From a virus, in IMG/VR virus record IMGVR_UViG_3300032117_000020: a DNA stretch of 64,000 nt; one strand, written 5' to 3'. The notes beneath the pieces are model-generated. The model was not told the origin of the DNA, searched no databases, and saw only the letters and a program-made list of their open reading frames with translations. The position numbers and the translations under genes were made by a program. Positions 16,168 through 25,586 of this stretch are shown one piece after another. The first letter of the stretch is position 1, and every line of letters starts with the position of its first letter.

Positions 16168-19100
16168 GTGTGGTATCGTTTCGCAGGCAAAGCAGATATA
16201 TTGAAAATTCTGAACAATGATGATGCTTTGTATCAGAAAGTAAAGAATGCGGTAAGAGATATACCACCTCAAAAACAATCAAAATATGAATATGTGGTGG
16301 CGAAATTCATAGATCAATCGCCAGAAAATCTCTACCATTATATTAATAAATTGTTTGAACTGCATGATAAATATCATTTTCCACTTGATGTGGGAAACAA
16401 GCAGATTATATTTAACAAGGCTCTTGTAAACGATTGGTTTTCTTTTGAGCAAAAAGTTGATGAACTTCTTGGCAAAAAACAATTTGAAAAATCTCAAAAA
16501 ACGAAACCACAAATTTCATTTGAAGAGCCTGAAATCAATCGAAAAAATGTGGTTGAAATATTCCCAATAAACAGCCCACAGGATGGAATGAAATTTAATG
16601 CTGTGCTACCATGGCAAACCTCATCGCCCTGGTGTATCACATCGATCAGAAATAACCAATATTATCGCTACCGCCTTGATCAAAAGGCTACTTTTTATAT
16701 TGTTATTGATCATACACGTCCTATTACAGACAAATGGTATGCTGTAGCACTGGATCATCTTCCGCATGGCTATTTTCTCACAGATTTACAGAATGGTTCA
16801 GAATATGGTGCAGATCAGTATCTTAAAGAACTTATTCAGCATATGAAAGAAAATGGTGATGAAAGAGATATTTATTCCCTCACGCCACATAAACCCTTTA
16901 CACAAGAAGAAGAAAACGAAAATCGTATTTTGGGTGAAGAGTTAAATTATAATGAATTTTTAAATTTAGACAAATCTGGAATTGAAGATGCACAGCTTAA
17001 ATACATTATCCGAGGCCATATTTTAGATTATGATCAGTTTAGACTTATATTAAACGCGCCGAAATTATTAAAGGCATACCTTACCACAGGCACTCCAAAA
17101 CCATCGAATCAAATTGAAAGTCTCAATCATAATGCCCGAGCAACTTATGAAAGAGAAATAGATAAAAAGATTGAATCATCCAAGCAGATGGGGCAATTAA
17201 ATGTCTTGTATCAACAAACCAATTATAACGAAGATTTTGTGAAAAAGGTTATAGAAGCCGGAGGCGACGTTTCAAAAGGGCTTGTTGCACTTAAAAATAT
17301 GGGAAAAGTAGAGTTCTCATATCTTGAAACACTCATTAGCAATGGGAAATTAGATGCGAATAAAGCGGTGCCATATCTAAAGTCCCCAAAACCCGAGCAA
17401 TTAAAATGGCTGTCTGATAAGGGCGCAGATCCTAATAATTATTATGCATATAGTTGGGCAAAAAATCTTGGATTTGTGAAATGGGCCATTGAAACTTATG
17501 GGGATGTAAAGCTGACACCTGACCAGATTGAATTATTTGCTGATAATTTGGATCAAGTGAAGCATTTTATTCAATGTGGCTTTGATCGTTCACAGATTAT
17601 TAGCAATACATCAAATTATGATGTAAAAGATTATTGCATCGACACAATATCAGATCCAAAAACAGCCACGAAGTGCCTCCATGCGCTGAGGTGTCGCACA
17701 CATGAAACTAAAAAATTAATCGAAAAAGGTGCGGATATCAACACCGCTCTAGAAGTTAATTGCCGAGAAGCCTGCGTTGATACATTGAAGATGATTATCA
17801 ATGATTATAATGTAGATCTTTCAAAAGATTTATTTGTTAGCGAAAAATTACAGCCAGCAAATAAATCATTGGCAATAAAATTTGCCAATGATAAAGATTT
17901 TATTCCATTTTTACTAAGTAAAGGACTAGACCCTTTACTGGTATTGGGCAACAGCAGCGATACAGGTGTCATAGCATCGTTGAACATAGACCCCAATATA
18001 ATTTTAAACAAATTAATTAAAATCGGTGGTTCCGACAAATATGCCCAGTTTTTGCTCGACAAAGGTGCTGACCCCACAGGTGTCTTGGGCCTTTTGCCCA
18101 CATACACCCATGACCTTGAATTGGTTAAAAATATTATTGAAAAGGGTGCTGATCCAAATAAATGCCTTCAATACATTAATAAAAATCCCGAGCTTTTGAG
18201 ATTATGTGTGGAAAAAGGAGCAGGTTTGAATAATGCGGCTCCATATGCTATAAATGATGTTGATTTTAAATGGCTGTTGGATAAGGGCGCTTATCCGGAC
18301 AATATTTTGGGCCAATCAAATATCAACAGAAATGTGATATTTATGTGCGTGGAGAAGGGTGGCAATCCTTCCCAGGCGCTAAAAGCCTACATAGAGTTGG
18401 ATAATCAAAATACAAACGATTTTAAAGAGCTGGCGGATCTTATCGATAACCCAGATGTTATTTTAGAATGTCTAAATCGTACATTTAGGCTCACTAGAGA
18501 AAATAAATTTGAACTTGTTAAATGGGTGATAGATCATAAAAATGGTGATGTTCATCGCCCATCATTTTTAAATATGATCTGCGGCAGAGAAGAAGTTTTG
18601 GTTTTGGCTATAAATAATGGACTAGAGCCTAATATCGCATTGAAATCTTTTAAGAATACCATACAAAATCTTTCCACAGTTGAACTTTTGCTAAATAAGG
18701 GTGTGGATTTTAGTGTGCCTGAAAACCTTAAAAACATAAAATTTGGTGACAGCGATATGATGGTTTATCTGTTTGAGCATGGCGTAAATGCTACGGCTCT
18801 TTTGCCGCTCGTAAATACAGATGATATGGTTATGTACCTTTTAAACAATGGCGCTGACCCCAATGAAACCTTAAAATATCTTCGTGGTCGCACCTACTTT
18901 TTTAAAGGAGATTTGAGCCAATTGGTTAAAGATTGCGTGGAGAGAGGCGCTGAGCCAAACAACGCAAATGGTATGATTTTTCAGGACAATGCTCTCATTA
19001 AATGGCTTTTAGAAAGAGGCGCAGATATTAATCTTATAGCCGATCAGGCCGCCTGGGACCCGCAGTTTTTTAGATTCATGCTGGAAAAAGGCGCAAAGCC

Positions 19101-20034
19101 TCACATATTGAATGATACTATGCCAAGCGATGCAAGAGATCCGCAATTTTTAAAGATGTTGGTTGATAAAGGGCTCCCAGTACATAACGTTGCATATAAT
19201 CATGCCATGGCGCACCCAATGATGATCGACTGGTTTTTAGACAGGTCAGACGACAAATCCTACAGCACTTCCGGCGTGATTGTAGAAGATCTTCTTGGCA
19301 CAGATTCTTATGTCAGTGAACCAAACTGTCAAATGTTTTCTAAAATCTCTCCTAAAACTGCGTATAGATTATACAAATTGCAGCGATCTTTCTATGAGTG
19401 GCGTGATTTTATGAATGCATCCATCACCTGCATAGATAAACAATATGGAGAAAAATGGAGGCTTGGATTTGTGAAACTTTTGGTGGAAGATGGCAAAATT
19501 GATCCAAAGATGATATCATTTTTTGCCACAAATCAGAGAGAATATAGTGTTCTAGATTATTTATTGTCTAAAGGCGCAGGCATAGATCAGGTGCTCTCAG
19601 AGTCTTATTATGACCTTGATGTGATTAAGTATCTTCTAGGTAAACAGTACATTGATGCAGATCAAGCGCTCGAATATGCGTTAAAACATGGTGATCATTA
19701 TGAAAATAGTGGTTTATTGTTGGATCTGATAGATATGGGCGTGGATGAACATGCTCTTCTTAAGGGAGCAAGGGCTTCTAAATCAGTTTTGGAGAAACTT
19801 TTACGGAAAGGAGCAAACCCAAATGAGTTGCTTAAAAGAGTGTTGCCATATATAAGCAAACTTCCAAAAGAAGATCAAGATGAATCTGTAGCGTGTTTAA
19901 TTACACATGGTGCGAATCTTGACACCATACTTCAATATCAGCCCATAGACAAAGATGTGCGAAAATCTTTTGAAGAATTTAAAAAGCATAAAGAAAGCAT
20001 TCAGAAAAAAATAGATATGCTACCAGGTCAATGA
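16168..20034 (+). CDS. giant ankyrin-repeat protein (1288 aa)
   Basis: >15 repeats of ~33 aa with KGADPN/ L..G.DPN signature; GTG start. Confidence 0.6.
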   Translation: MWYRFAGKADILKILNNDDALYQKVKNAVRDIPPQKQSKYEYVVAKFIDQSPENLYHYINKLFELHDKYHFPLDVGNKQIIFNKALVNDWFSFEQKVDELLGKKQFEKSQKTKPQISFEEPEINRKNVVEIFPINSPQDGMKFNAVLPWQTSSPWCITSIRNNQYYRYRLDQKATFYIVIDHTRPITDKWYAVALDHLPHGYFLTDLQNGSEYGADQYLKELIQHMKENGDERDIYSLTPHKPFTQEEENENRILGEELNYNEFLNLDKSGIEDAQLKYIIRGHILDYDQFRLILNAPKLLKAYLTTGTPKPSNQIESLNHNARATYEREIDKKIESSKQMGQLNVLYQQTNYNEDFVKKVIEAGGDVSKGLVALKNMGKVEFSYLETLISNGKLDANKAVPYLKSPKPEQLKWLSDKGADPNNYYAYSWAKNLGFVKWAIETYGDVKLTPDQIELFADNLDQVKHFIQCGFDRSQIISNTSNYDVKDYCIDTISDPKTATKCLHALRCRTHETKKLIEKGADINTALEVNCREACVDTLKMIINDYNVDLSKDLFVSEKLQPANKSLAIKFANDKDFIPFLLSKGLDPLLVLGNSSDTGVIASLNIDPNIILNKLIKIGGSDKYAQFLLDKGADPTGVLGLLPTYTHDLELVKNIIEKGADPNKCLQYINKNPELLRLCVEKGAGLNNAAPYAINDVDFKWLLDKGAYPDNILGQSNINRNVIFMCVEKGGNPSQALKAYIELDNQNTNDFKELADLIDNPDVILECLNRTFRLTRENKFELVKWVIDHKNGDVHRPSFLNMICGREEVLVLAINNGLEPNIALKSFKNTIQNLSTVELLLNKGVDFSVPENLKNIKFGDSDMMVYLFEHGVNATALLPLVNTDDMVMYLLNNGADPNETLKYLRGRTYFFKGDLSQLVKDCVERGAEPNNANGMIFQDNALIKWLLERGADINLIADQAAWDPQFFRFMLEKGAKPHILNDTMPSDARDPQFLKMLVDKGLPVHNVAYNHAMAHPMMIDWFLDRSDDKSYSTSGVIVEDLLGTDSYVSEPNCQMFSKISPKTAYRLYKLQRSFYEWRDFMNASITCIDKQYGEKWRLGFVKLLVEDGKIDPKMISFFATNQREYSVLDYLLSKGAGIDQVLSESYYDLDVIKYLLGKQYIDADQALEYALKHGDHYENSGLLLDLIDMGVDEHALLKGARASKSVLEKLLRKGANPNELLKRVLPYISKLPKEDQDESVACLITHGANLDTILQYQPIDKDVRKSFEEFKKHKESIQKKIDMLPGQ

Positions 20035-20065
20035 ATCTAAGTCATAGAATATATTATTGATGAGA

Positions 20066-20097
20066 ATTTTTTCCCATTAAAATCAAAAAACATAATA
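20066..20097 (+). promoter_or_regulatory. conserved promoter-like motif
   Basis: AATTTTTTCCCATTAAAATCAAAAAACATAATA. Confidence 0.5.
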
Positions 20098-20128
20098 AAA
20101 AAGCAAGCGCAATTTGCGGAGCAACCTT

Positions 20129-21403
20129 ATGATCAAAAATGCAAAATATATCTATGTAGATGCAGTCAATAATAACAACAAATTCTGGAATATTGAAATT
20201 GATGCCAGTCATACCGTGACTACCTTCTGGGGTCGTGTTGGTGATGAGGGACAATCAAAATCCTTTCCTCATAACTCCGACTATGCTGCAGAAGCGTTCT
20301 TCAATAAGAAATGTCGAGAGAAGGAAAATAAGGGATACACAGTTCAGCGAACCATCAACAACGGCGCATCCGGTCCCACAGTGAAGGTTGTGGAGAGCCA
20401 TAATCTTGAGAATATTGCAAAATCTCAGATTCAAACCAACTCGCCAGAATTGGGTAAGCTGATTTCATATCTCGCCAAAGCAAACGCTCATAGTATTTTG
20501 TCCCAAACATCCATGCAATATAATGATGCCACAGGACTTTTCTCTACGCCATTGGGCATTGTGGATCAAGAGGCAATTGATGAAGCAAGAACATTGCTAT
20601 TAAAGATTAGTGATATGGTGCAGGCTAAAGATTATCGCGAAGATCGATTTATGCCTGTGCTGAGCAATTATCTAAGAATTATTCCTCAAGATATTGGAAG
20701 AAAGCGTCCAAATCCTGAACTATTGTACCCAGATCTTGAGTCAGTGCAGAGGCAGAATAATGTACTGGATTCTCTTGAGGCATCGCTTCAGGTGGCCCTG
20801 TCACCTAAAAATGATGGTGATAACCATACTACTGAGAAAGTTTTTGACGTGAAACTCCACACCGTGGAAGATCTTGGAATTATTGATAGGATTCGCAACA
20901 GCCATTACTCCACAAGGCAGCGCATGCATGCCACCTATAATCTTGATGTGAAAAAGATTTATGAGATTGAAATCGGCAGCATGAAGCGAGCATATGAGGA
21001 AAAGGGCAAAACACTAGGAAATATTTTTGAATTGTTTCATGGTAGCAGAATTTCCAATATTTTAAGTATTCTTCATAAGGGCCTTATGGTTCCACCATCA
21101 AATGCAGGTCATGTATGCGGAAGAAATTTTGGAAACTACACATATTTCGCAAATCAATCCACCAAAAGTCTCAACTATTCATATGGATATTGGGACAACA
21201 AGGCCAAGGACAACAATTGTTTCTTGTTTATTGCTGATGTGGCGCTGGGCAACTATTATGTGCCCGGATACAGCCAACAGGTAATTCCAAATGGATATGA
21301 CTCCTTTTGGGCTAAGGCTGGAAGATCTGGCGTACAAAATGATGAGATTGTGGTAAGAAATACATTTCAGGCTAATCTTAAGTATTTGGTTGAATTTGCC
21401 TAA
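20129..21403 (+). CDS. poly(ADP-ribose) polymerase homologue (WGR domain + PARP catalytic domain)
   Basis: N-term KFWNIEID...WGRVGDEG...KGYT = WGR; C-term LFHGSRISNILSILHKGL, GNYTYFAN, FLFIADVALGN, NDEIVVRNTFQANLKYLVEF match the PARP1 H-Y-E catalytic signature almost residue for residue. Confidence 0.8.
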   Translation: MIKNAKYIYVDAVNNNNKFWNIEIDASHTVTTFWGRVGDEGQSKSFPHNSDYAAEAFFNKKCREKENKGYTVQRTINNGASGPTVKVVESHNLENIAKSQIQTNSPELGKLISYLAKANAHSILSQTSMQYNDATGLFSTPLGIVDQEAIDEARTLLLKISDMVQAKDYREDRFMPVLSNYLRIIPQDIGRKRPNPELLYPDLESVQRQNNVLDSLEASLQVALSPKNDGDNHTTEKVFDVKLHTVEDLGIIDRIRNSHYSTRQRMHATYNLDVKKIYEIEIGSMKRAYEEKGKTLGNIFELFHGSRISNILSILHKGLMVPPSNAGHVCGRNFGNYTYFANQSTKSLNYSYGYWDNKAKDNNCFLFIADVALGNYYVPGYSQQVIPNGYDSFWAKAGRSGVQNDEIVVRNTFQANLKYLVEFA

Positions 21404-21417
21404 ATTTATTGAATAAG

Positions 21418-21447
21418 ATTTTCTCAACAAAAATAAAAAATATAATA
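21418..21447 (+). promoter_or_regulatory. conserved promoter-like motif
   Basis: TTTTCTCAACAAAAATAAAAAATATAATA; ATG 21454. Confidence 0.5.
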
Positions 21448-21453
21448 ACAATT

Positions 21454-21861
21454 ATGAACACACGCAACTCAAACACACTCACTCAATTTTTGATGAATAA
21501 TGGCTTTAACTTCACAAGTGATGAAGACGGTTTAAAAGTTTATTCTAAAGCGCATAATAATTTAAGCCTGATTGTTACAATTAAAGACACAGGCGTTGTA
21601 GAATTCATAGCCACTGATGAAACTGAGAACGAGGATGTTATTTATTGCTACTCAAATTATTATGACAATAATGATTTTAATGATTTTATGGATTTCCTCA
21701 AACGTCATGTAAATCCAACGAAGCGCACTTACACACTCGCATTAACCTTTGATTCATATTATGATGAAAAAGAGATTAAAGAAATTGGCATCGATGATTT
21801 GAGAGACGTGATAGAAGAAAACATCTATCTAGATAATCTAACTATGAATCTCATACAATAA
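21454..21861 (+). CDS. hypothetical acidic protein (track ORF 21409..; start refined to ATG 21454 after promoter)
   Basis: ORF track; promoter spacing. Confidence 0.5.
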   Translation: MNTRNSNTLTQFLMNNGFNFTSDEDGLKVYSKAHNNLSLIVTIKDTGVVEFIATDETENEDVIYCYSNYYDNNDFNDFMDFLKRHVNPTKRTYTLALTFDSYYDEKEIKEIGIDDLRDVIEENIYLDNLTMNLIQ

Positions 21862-21886
21862 CAACAATAAAGGAAACAACAATAAT

Positions 21887-22495
21887 ATGAACACACTAAT
21901 TGAAACAATTCTTCAACAGCTTATCACCAATAAGCAAACATTCACAGCATATGATGTCACATTGGCATTGAGATATCAGGGGCATTGGGCCTTCAACAAC
22001 AATGTAAAGGATATCGTACATACCTTGATGCTTGATGAGGCGCAGTATAACCGTGTAAGCAAAAATTTTGGTATGAACAGTGCCTGGCTTTATTTCCATG
22101 AAGATAATGACCCAGAGAATTATGATCAGAACCTTCTACAGAGTTCACTGAAAACTGGGAATTTTGCGACTCAAACTCCCGCGCCAGCGACTCCAAAGAC
22201 CTTTCCATTTACTGTAAATTCAGAACTTAAAATTCGACTCAGCACAGAATTTTGCGAAGAACTTGGTGTGTGCCCTGGTCATCAGGTAAAGATGACCGCA
22301 ATTGATTCATATAAGGTCGCAATTGAGGCATATGATGATAATGGTGTAAGTTCAATGGATGAGCGCCTTTATACTTCTGATCAATACAACAATGTGAAAA
22401 TTAAGATGGATTATTTCTTTAAGAATGTGAAATCAGGCGATGTTGTAGAGTTTGAACTTAAAAACAACTACACAGCAATCGGTACGCTTCTTTAG
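21887..22495 (+). CDS. hypothetical protein (202 aa)
   Basis: ORF track. Confidence 0.55.
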   Translation: MNTLIETILQQLITNKQTFTAYDVTLALRYQGHWAFNNNVKDIVHTLMLDEAQYNRVSKNFGMNSAWLYFHEDNDPENYDQNLLQSSLKTGNFATQTPAPATPKTFPFTVNSELKIRLSTEFCEELGVCPGHQVKMTAIDSYKVAIEAYDDNGVSSMDERLYTSDQYNNVKIKMDYFFKNVKSGDVVEFELKNNYTAIGTLL

Positions 22496-22525
22496 AAATT
22501 TCCCATTAAAAATAAAAATCATAAT
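22496..22525 (+). promoter_or_regulatory. conserved promoter-like motif
   Basis: AAATTTCCCATTAAAAATAAAAATCATAATG; ATG 22531. Confidence 0.5.
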
Positions 22526-22530
22526 GTATT

Positions 22531-22809
22531 ATGATTACTCTACAGGACTTAAAAACAGCAAACAATAAAAATGGAGACAATTACTTTGACTCCAATACTC
22601 TACGATTCTTCAACTCTACTATCAGTGAAATTAAGGGAGAAAAAGGAAAATTCGCCTATTTCATTGAGACAATTCACTATAATTCTCGCCCTACTCATAA
22701 AATAAGAAAGTTTGTGTGGGTAGGTGAGAATAAGGGCAGGGTTGAGAAAAAGACCTATGGAACCTATAAAACCATGAATGGCGCAATAAAAGGGCTGAAT
22801 AGGATTTAA
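22531..22809 (+). CDS. hypothetical protein (92 aa)
   Basis: ORF track. Confidence 0.5.
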   Translation: MITLQDLKTANNKNGDNYFDSNTLRFFNSTISEIKGEKGKFAYFIETIHYNSRPTHKIRKFVWVGENKGRVEKKTYGTYKTMNGAIKGLNRI

Positions 22810-23036
22810 TGACTATAGACATCTATGACATAAAAGTTGGTCAAATGGCTTGCATTACCGACTGTGAAGATAAAACATGGATTGGCACACTGGTTAAGGG
22901 AGTTTCGGCAAATCTTTTCATGGTTGTTAAGTCCAGAGACAAGTACATCATAAAAGGAAACGTCTATAAGGCGGTCAAAAGAATTGCTGTAATTGGGCAA
23001 TTAATTACAATAAATTGTCCAGAATATATGAAATGA
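22809..23036 (+). CDS. KIGD/PEYF mini-protein family member (array C)
   Basis: IKVGQMA... INCPEYMK. Confidence 0.55.
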   Translation: MTIDIYDIKVGQMACITDCEDKTWIGTLVKGVSANLFMVVKSRDKYIIKGNVYKAVKRIAVIGQLITINCPEYMK

Positions 23037-23260
23037 CAAACAAAGACATAAAGATAGGTCAAACGGTTAAAATTATCGGTAATTGCGGTGAAGGATGGAT
23101 GGGCACAATTGCTCAAAAAGCCAATTATGATGTATATGTCATAATTAAAAGTCCGCTAAGACCAGAAGATGTGGGTAAAGCGTTCCATTCGCAGGTTTCT
23201 TTGCTAAGATTAGTGACCGAAAATTGTCCAGAATATTTTAATGAGCTACAAAATAAATGA
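23033..23260 (+). CDS. KIGD/PEYF mini-protein family member (array C; start refined to ATG 23033)
   Basis: MTNKDIKIGQTV... ENCPEYFNEL; ATGA overlap. Confidence 0.55.
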   Translation: MTNKDIKIGQTVKIIGNCGEGWMGTIAQKANYDVYVIIKSPLRPEDVGKAFHSQVSLLRLVTENCPEYFNELQNK

Positions 23261-23523
23261 TACCGACAGAAGTAGAAGTAGAAAACACACATATCAAAGC
23301 AAGTCAATGGGTGAAGAGAGGCAATATGATTGTGCAAAGATCGGCACTTGACTGCACTGATCCAGATTCATACTGGTGCCTGTGGTACGCAAGATTTAAA
23401 GAAATTCTTCCAGAAGATCTTCAAATAAAAATATTTGGATATACGCTCTGTCCCAGCAGAACACAAGAAATTTTAAATAGGCTGCAAAAAATCAAACATC
23501 AGCCAATTTATATGAGAAAATAA
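23257..23523 (+). CDS. hypothetical protein (88 aa)
   Basis: ORF track; ATGA overlap. Confidence 0.45.
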   Translation: MIPTEVEVENTHIKASQWVKRGNMIVQRSALDCTDPDSYWCLWYARFKEILPEDLQIKIFGYTLCPSRTQEILNRLQKIKHQPIYMRK

Positions 23524-23544
23524 AAGAGGAAAATAATAAATAAA

Positions 23545-23889
23545 ATGATACCATTGTTAAACGAATATTTTACAGCATTTTCAAATAAAGATTTGGATAA
23601 GCTTTCAGATCTGTTTCATGACTCCGTGACACTAAGAGATTGGAACATTCCGCTTACTAAAGGCAAGGATGCTGTGCTGAAGGCAAATCAAGAAATTTTC
23701 GACAGTGTAATGACTTTACACGTCAGCCAGCTTGCTGTTTATGAATGTTCATATAATCCTGGATCTTATGCTGTAAATATTTTTATTGATGTTGTGGACA
23801 ATGGCGTTCAACACAGCGCTATCCAGGTGATTGATCTTATTGATATTAAAGATGGCAAAATTTTTAGAATTGAGGCATATAAAATTTGA
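23545..23889 (+). CDS. NTF2/SnoaL-like fold protein (tentative)
   Basis: length and hydrophobic pattern (LSDLFHDSVTLRDW...) resemble SnoaL-like domains; weak. Confidence 0.4.
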   Translation: MIPLLNEYFTAFSNKDLDKLSDLFHDSVTLRDWNIPLTKGKDAVLKANQEIFDSVMTLHVSQLAVYECSYNPGSYAVNIFIDVVDNGVQHSAIQVIDLIDIKDGKIFRIEAYKI

Positions 23890-24043
23890 TTATAATTTCT
23901 AAAATGTCAAGTAAAATTTTGTTGGATTATCTAGACTCCGATCTGGAATATGTGTGTAGCCAAAAACATGAAAATTGTGCCGATTGTAAAGATGGTATAT
24001 GCAGTCTGGCGGTTACATTGGAATTGGAAGATAGAGGATTGTT

Positions 24044-24232
24044 GTGAGAAAATTGTTGTGTAAAATAGGAATTCATGAATTTATTTGGCTGGATAAAAAT
24101 TCCATGATGCGTTTTTATCATCGAAACAGCAACGGCGGATTGCTGGAGTGCAAATATTGCACAAAGCGCTACACTGAATATAATTTCAACAAGATTAAAA
24201 ATCTAAATATGAATGAGTTTAAGTTTAATTAG
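24044..24232 (+). CDS. small Cys-containing protein, paralogue of 43843..44028 (MRKxLCKIGIH motif)
   Basis: shared N-terminal MRKLLCKIGIHEF / MRKFLCRIGIHKY. Confidence 0.45.
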   Translation: MRKLLCKIGIHEFIWLDKNSMMRFYHRNSNGGLLECKYCTKRYTEYNFNKIKNLNMNEFKFN

Positions 24233-24293
24233 AGAATTATTTTTTATAATTTGGTCCTTTAACTTCTATAGTGTCATTATGGAAGTTGATCCT

Positions 24294-24321
24294 CAATTGC
24301 CGTAATAAGTTACGGCAATTG
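24294..24321. terminator. bidirectional hairpin CAATTGCCGTAAtaaGTTACGGCAATTG between convergent genes
   Basis: perfect 12-bp inverted repeat between + gene 24044..24232 and - gene 24310..24984. Confidence 0.55.
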
Positions 24322-24984
24322 ATCTACTAAACTTACCATATATTTTCTTCGTGGCATTACAGGCACCGCAAATGCTGTTGTGACATACATTAAAAGATTT
24401 TCTGCTGCCAAATTAAAGGTTGCAGGGCCATTGTCTGCATAAATCTGAAACATCCGATCATTCCATTGAACTGCAAGCGATATGTTGAAAACATTTTGTG
24501 AAGTAATAGATGACCACCCAAATAAACTTGTAGCGCCACCCACAAACGGAGGACCTGTATAAGGAATACTACCGGCGTCTATTGCACCAACATTATATAC
24601 AGAATTTATTATGGGTCCAGTATATACATATCCATTATAAGAACCATTGATTGCTACAGCACATACGTTAGATAAAAATCCGCTGTCAATATCAGTGGGC
24701 TGGCCAATGCCATTTCCAGTTTGATAAAAAAATAAACCGGTAATTTTTTGATTTGTGGGAATAAGGGGTCCCGTGGGAGCAGTGGCAATCAGCAATGTGC
24801 TCCAACCCGTTCTTCCTGGGTTTTGAGGAATTGTAGCAATTGTTCCATTCCCACCAGGCACCAACCAATAAGATGGATTGGACCAATCGCCAAAAACCCC
24901 TACAGTTTGATTATTTAAATTTGAACCACCTGGCGCGGTAGATCCTGTTGTTACAGTTGTAAATCCATATTGATAAATTGGCAT
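24310..24984 (-). CDS. Gly/Thr/Asn/Pro-rich protein (224 aa), possible structural or fibre-like protein
   Basis: ORF track; isolated minus-strand gene; composition dominated by G, T, N, P, S. Confidence 0.5.
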   Translation of the reverse strand: MPIYQYGFTTVTTGSTAPGGSNLNNQTVGVFGDWSNPSYWLVPGGNGTIATIPQNPGRTGWSTLLIATAPTGPLIPTNQKITGLFFYQTGNGIGQPTDIDSGFLSNVCAVAINGSYNGYVYTGPIINSVYNVGAIDAGSIPYTGPPFVGGATSLFGWSSITSQNVFNISLAVQWNDRMFQIYADNGPATFNLAAENLLMYVTTAFAVPVMPRRKYMVSLVDQLP

Positions 24985-25008
24985 TGCTTAATATATATTT
25001 ATACAAAA

Positions 25009-25239
25009 ATGGAAGAATTACCTTTAAAAATTGGAGATTATTGCCGATATTTCCAGGGAGTCAGATATGTAAGAGGTAAAATTTTAGATCACAAATCTGG
25101 CTGTTTTTATGTTAAATTTAATAAAGATATTTGGAAAAGTCTTCCTGGAAAGATGGAGGCATGGATTTATGCAGATGAGGTTGAGCCAATTATGCATGTG
25201 AAATGTCCAGAATATATGAAAGAATATGAACTACGATAG
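25009..25239 (+). CDS. KIGD/PEYF mini-protein family member (array D; start refined to ATG 25009)
   Basis: MEELPLKIGDYC... VKCPEYMKEYELR. Confidence 0.5.
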   Translation: MEELPLKIGDYCRYFQGVRYVRGKILDHKSGCFYVKFNKDIWKSLPGKMEAWIYADEVEPIMHVKCPEYMKEYELR

Positions 25240-25453
25240 AAAAGAAGTCACATCAGTATATACGATCTATTATCTAAATGATAAAATCCATCGCACTGAT
25301 GGTCCTGCTACTATTTATGAAGATAGAACCATGGAATATTATATTGATGATGTGCAATATTCAAAAAAAGAATACTATAGAATTATAAAACCACCTAAAT
25401 GTCCTGAATATATGAAATTTCCCAATAAAAATAAAAGAGATAATATTACATGA
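25226..25453 (+). CDS. family-related mini-protein with CPEYMK C-terminus but divergent N-terminus
   Basis: ...PPKCPEYMKF; lacks KIGD. Confidence 0.45.
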   Translation: MNYDRKEVTSVYTIYYLNDKIHRTDGPATIYEDRTMEYYIDDVQYSKKEYYRIIKPPKCPEYMKFPNKNKRDNIT

Positions 25454-25584
25454 CACAACAAAAAATGACCTGTCCGGACTGTGGCAAGATTTTAGATGAA
25501 TACAGCAGTGCATATTGCGATGAATGTACAGATTATTTTTGTCTAGAATGTTACGACGACCGACACAGTGAGCATGACGATTAA
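25450..25584 (+). CDS. 44-aa Cys/His zinc-finger mini-protein (B-box-like)
   Basis: manually read ORF MTCPDCGKILDEYSSAYCDECTDYFCLECYDDRHSEHDD; ATGA-style coupling to neighbours. Confidence 0.35.
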   Translation: MTQQKMTCPDCGKILDEYSSAYCDECTDYFCLECYDDRHSEHDD

Positions 25585-25586
25585 TT

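Noticed and set aside
17805-18737. Minus-strand ORFs inside the ankyrin gene
   Set aside because: Antisense to a 3.9-kb ORF with clear repeat structure.
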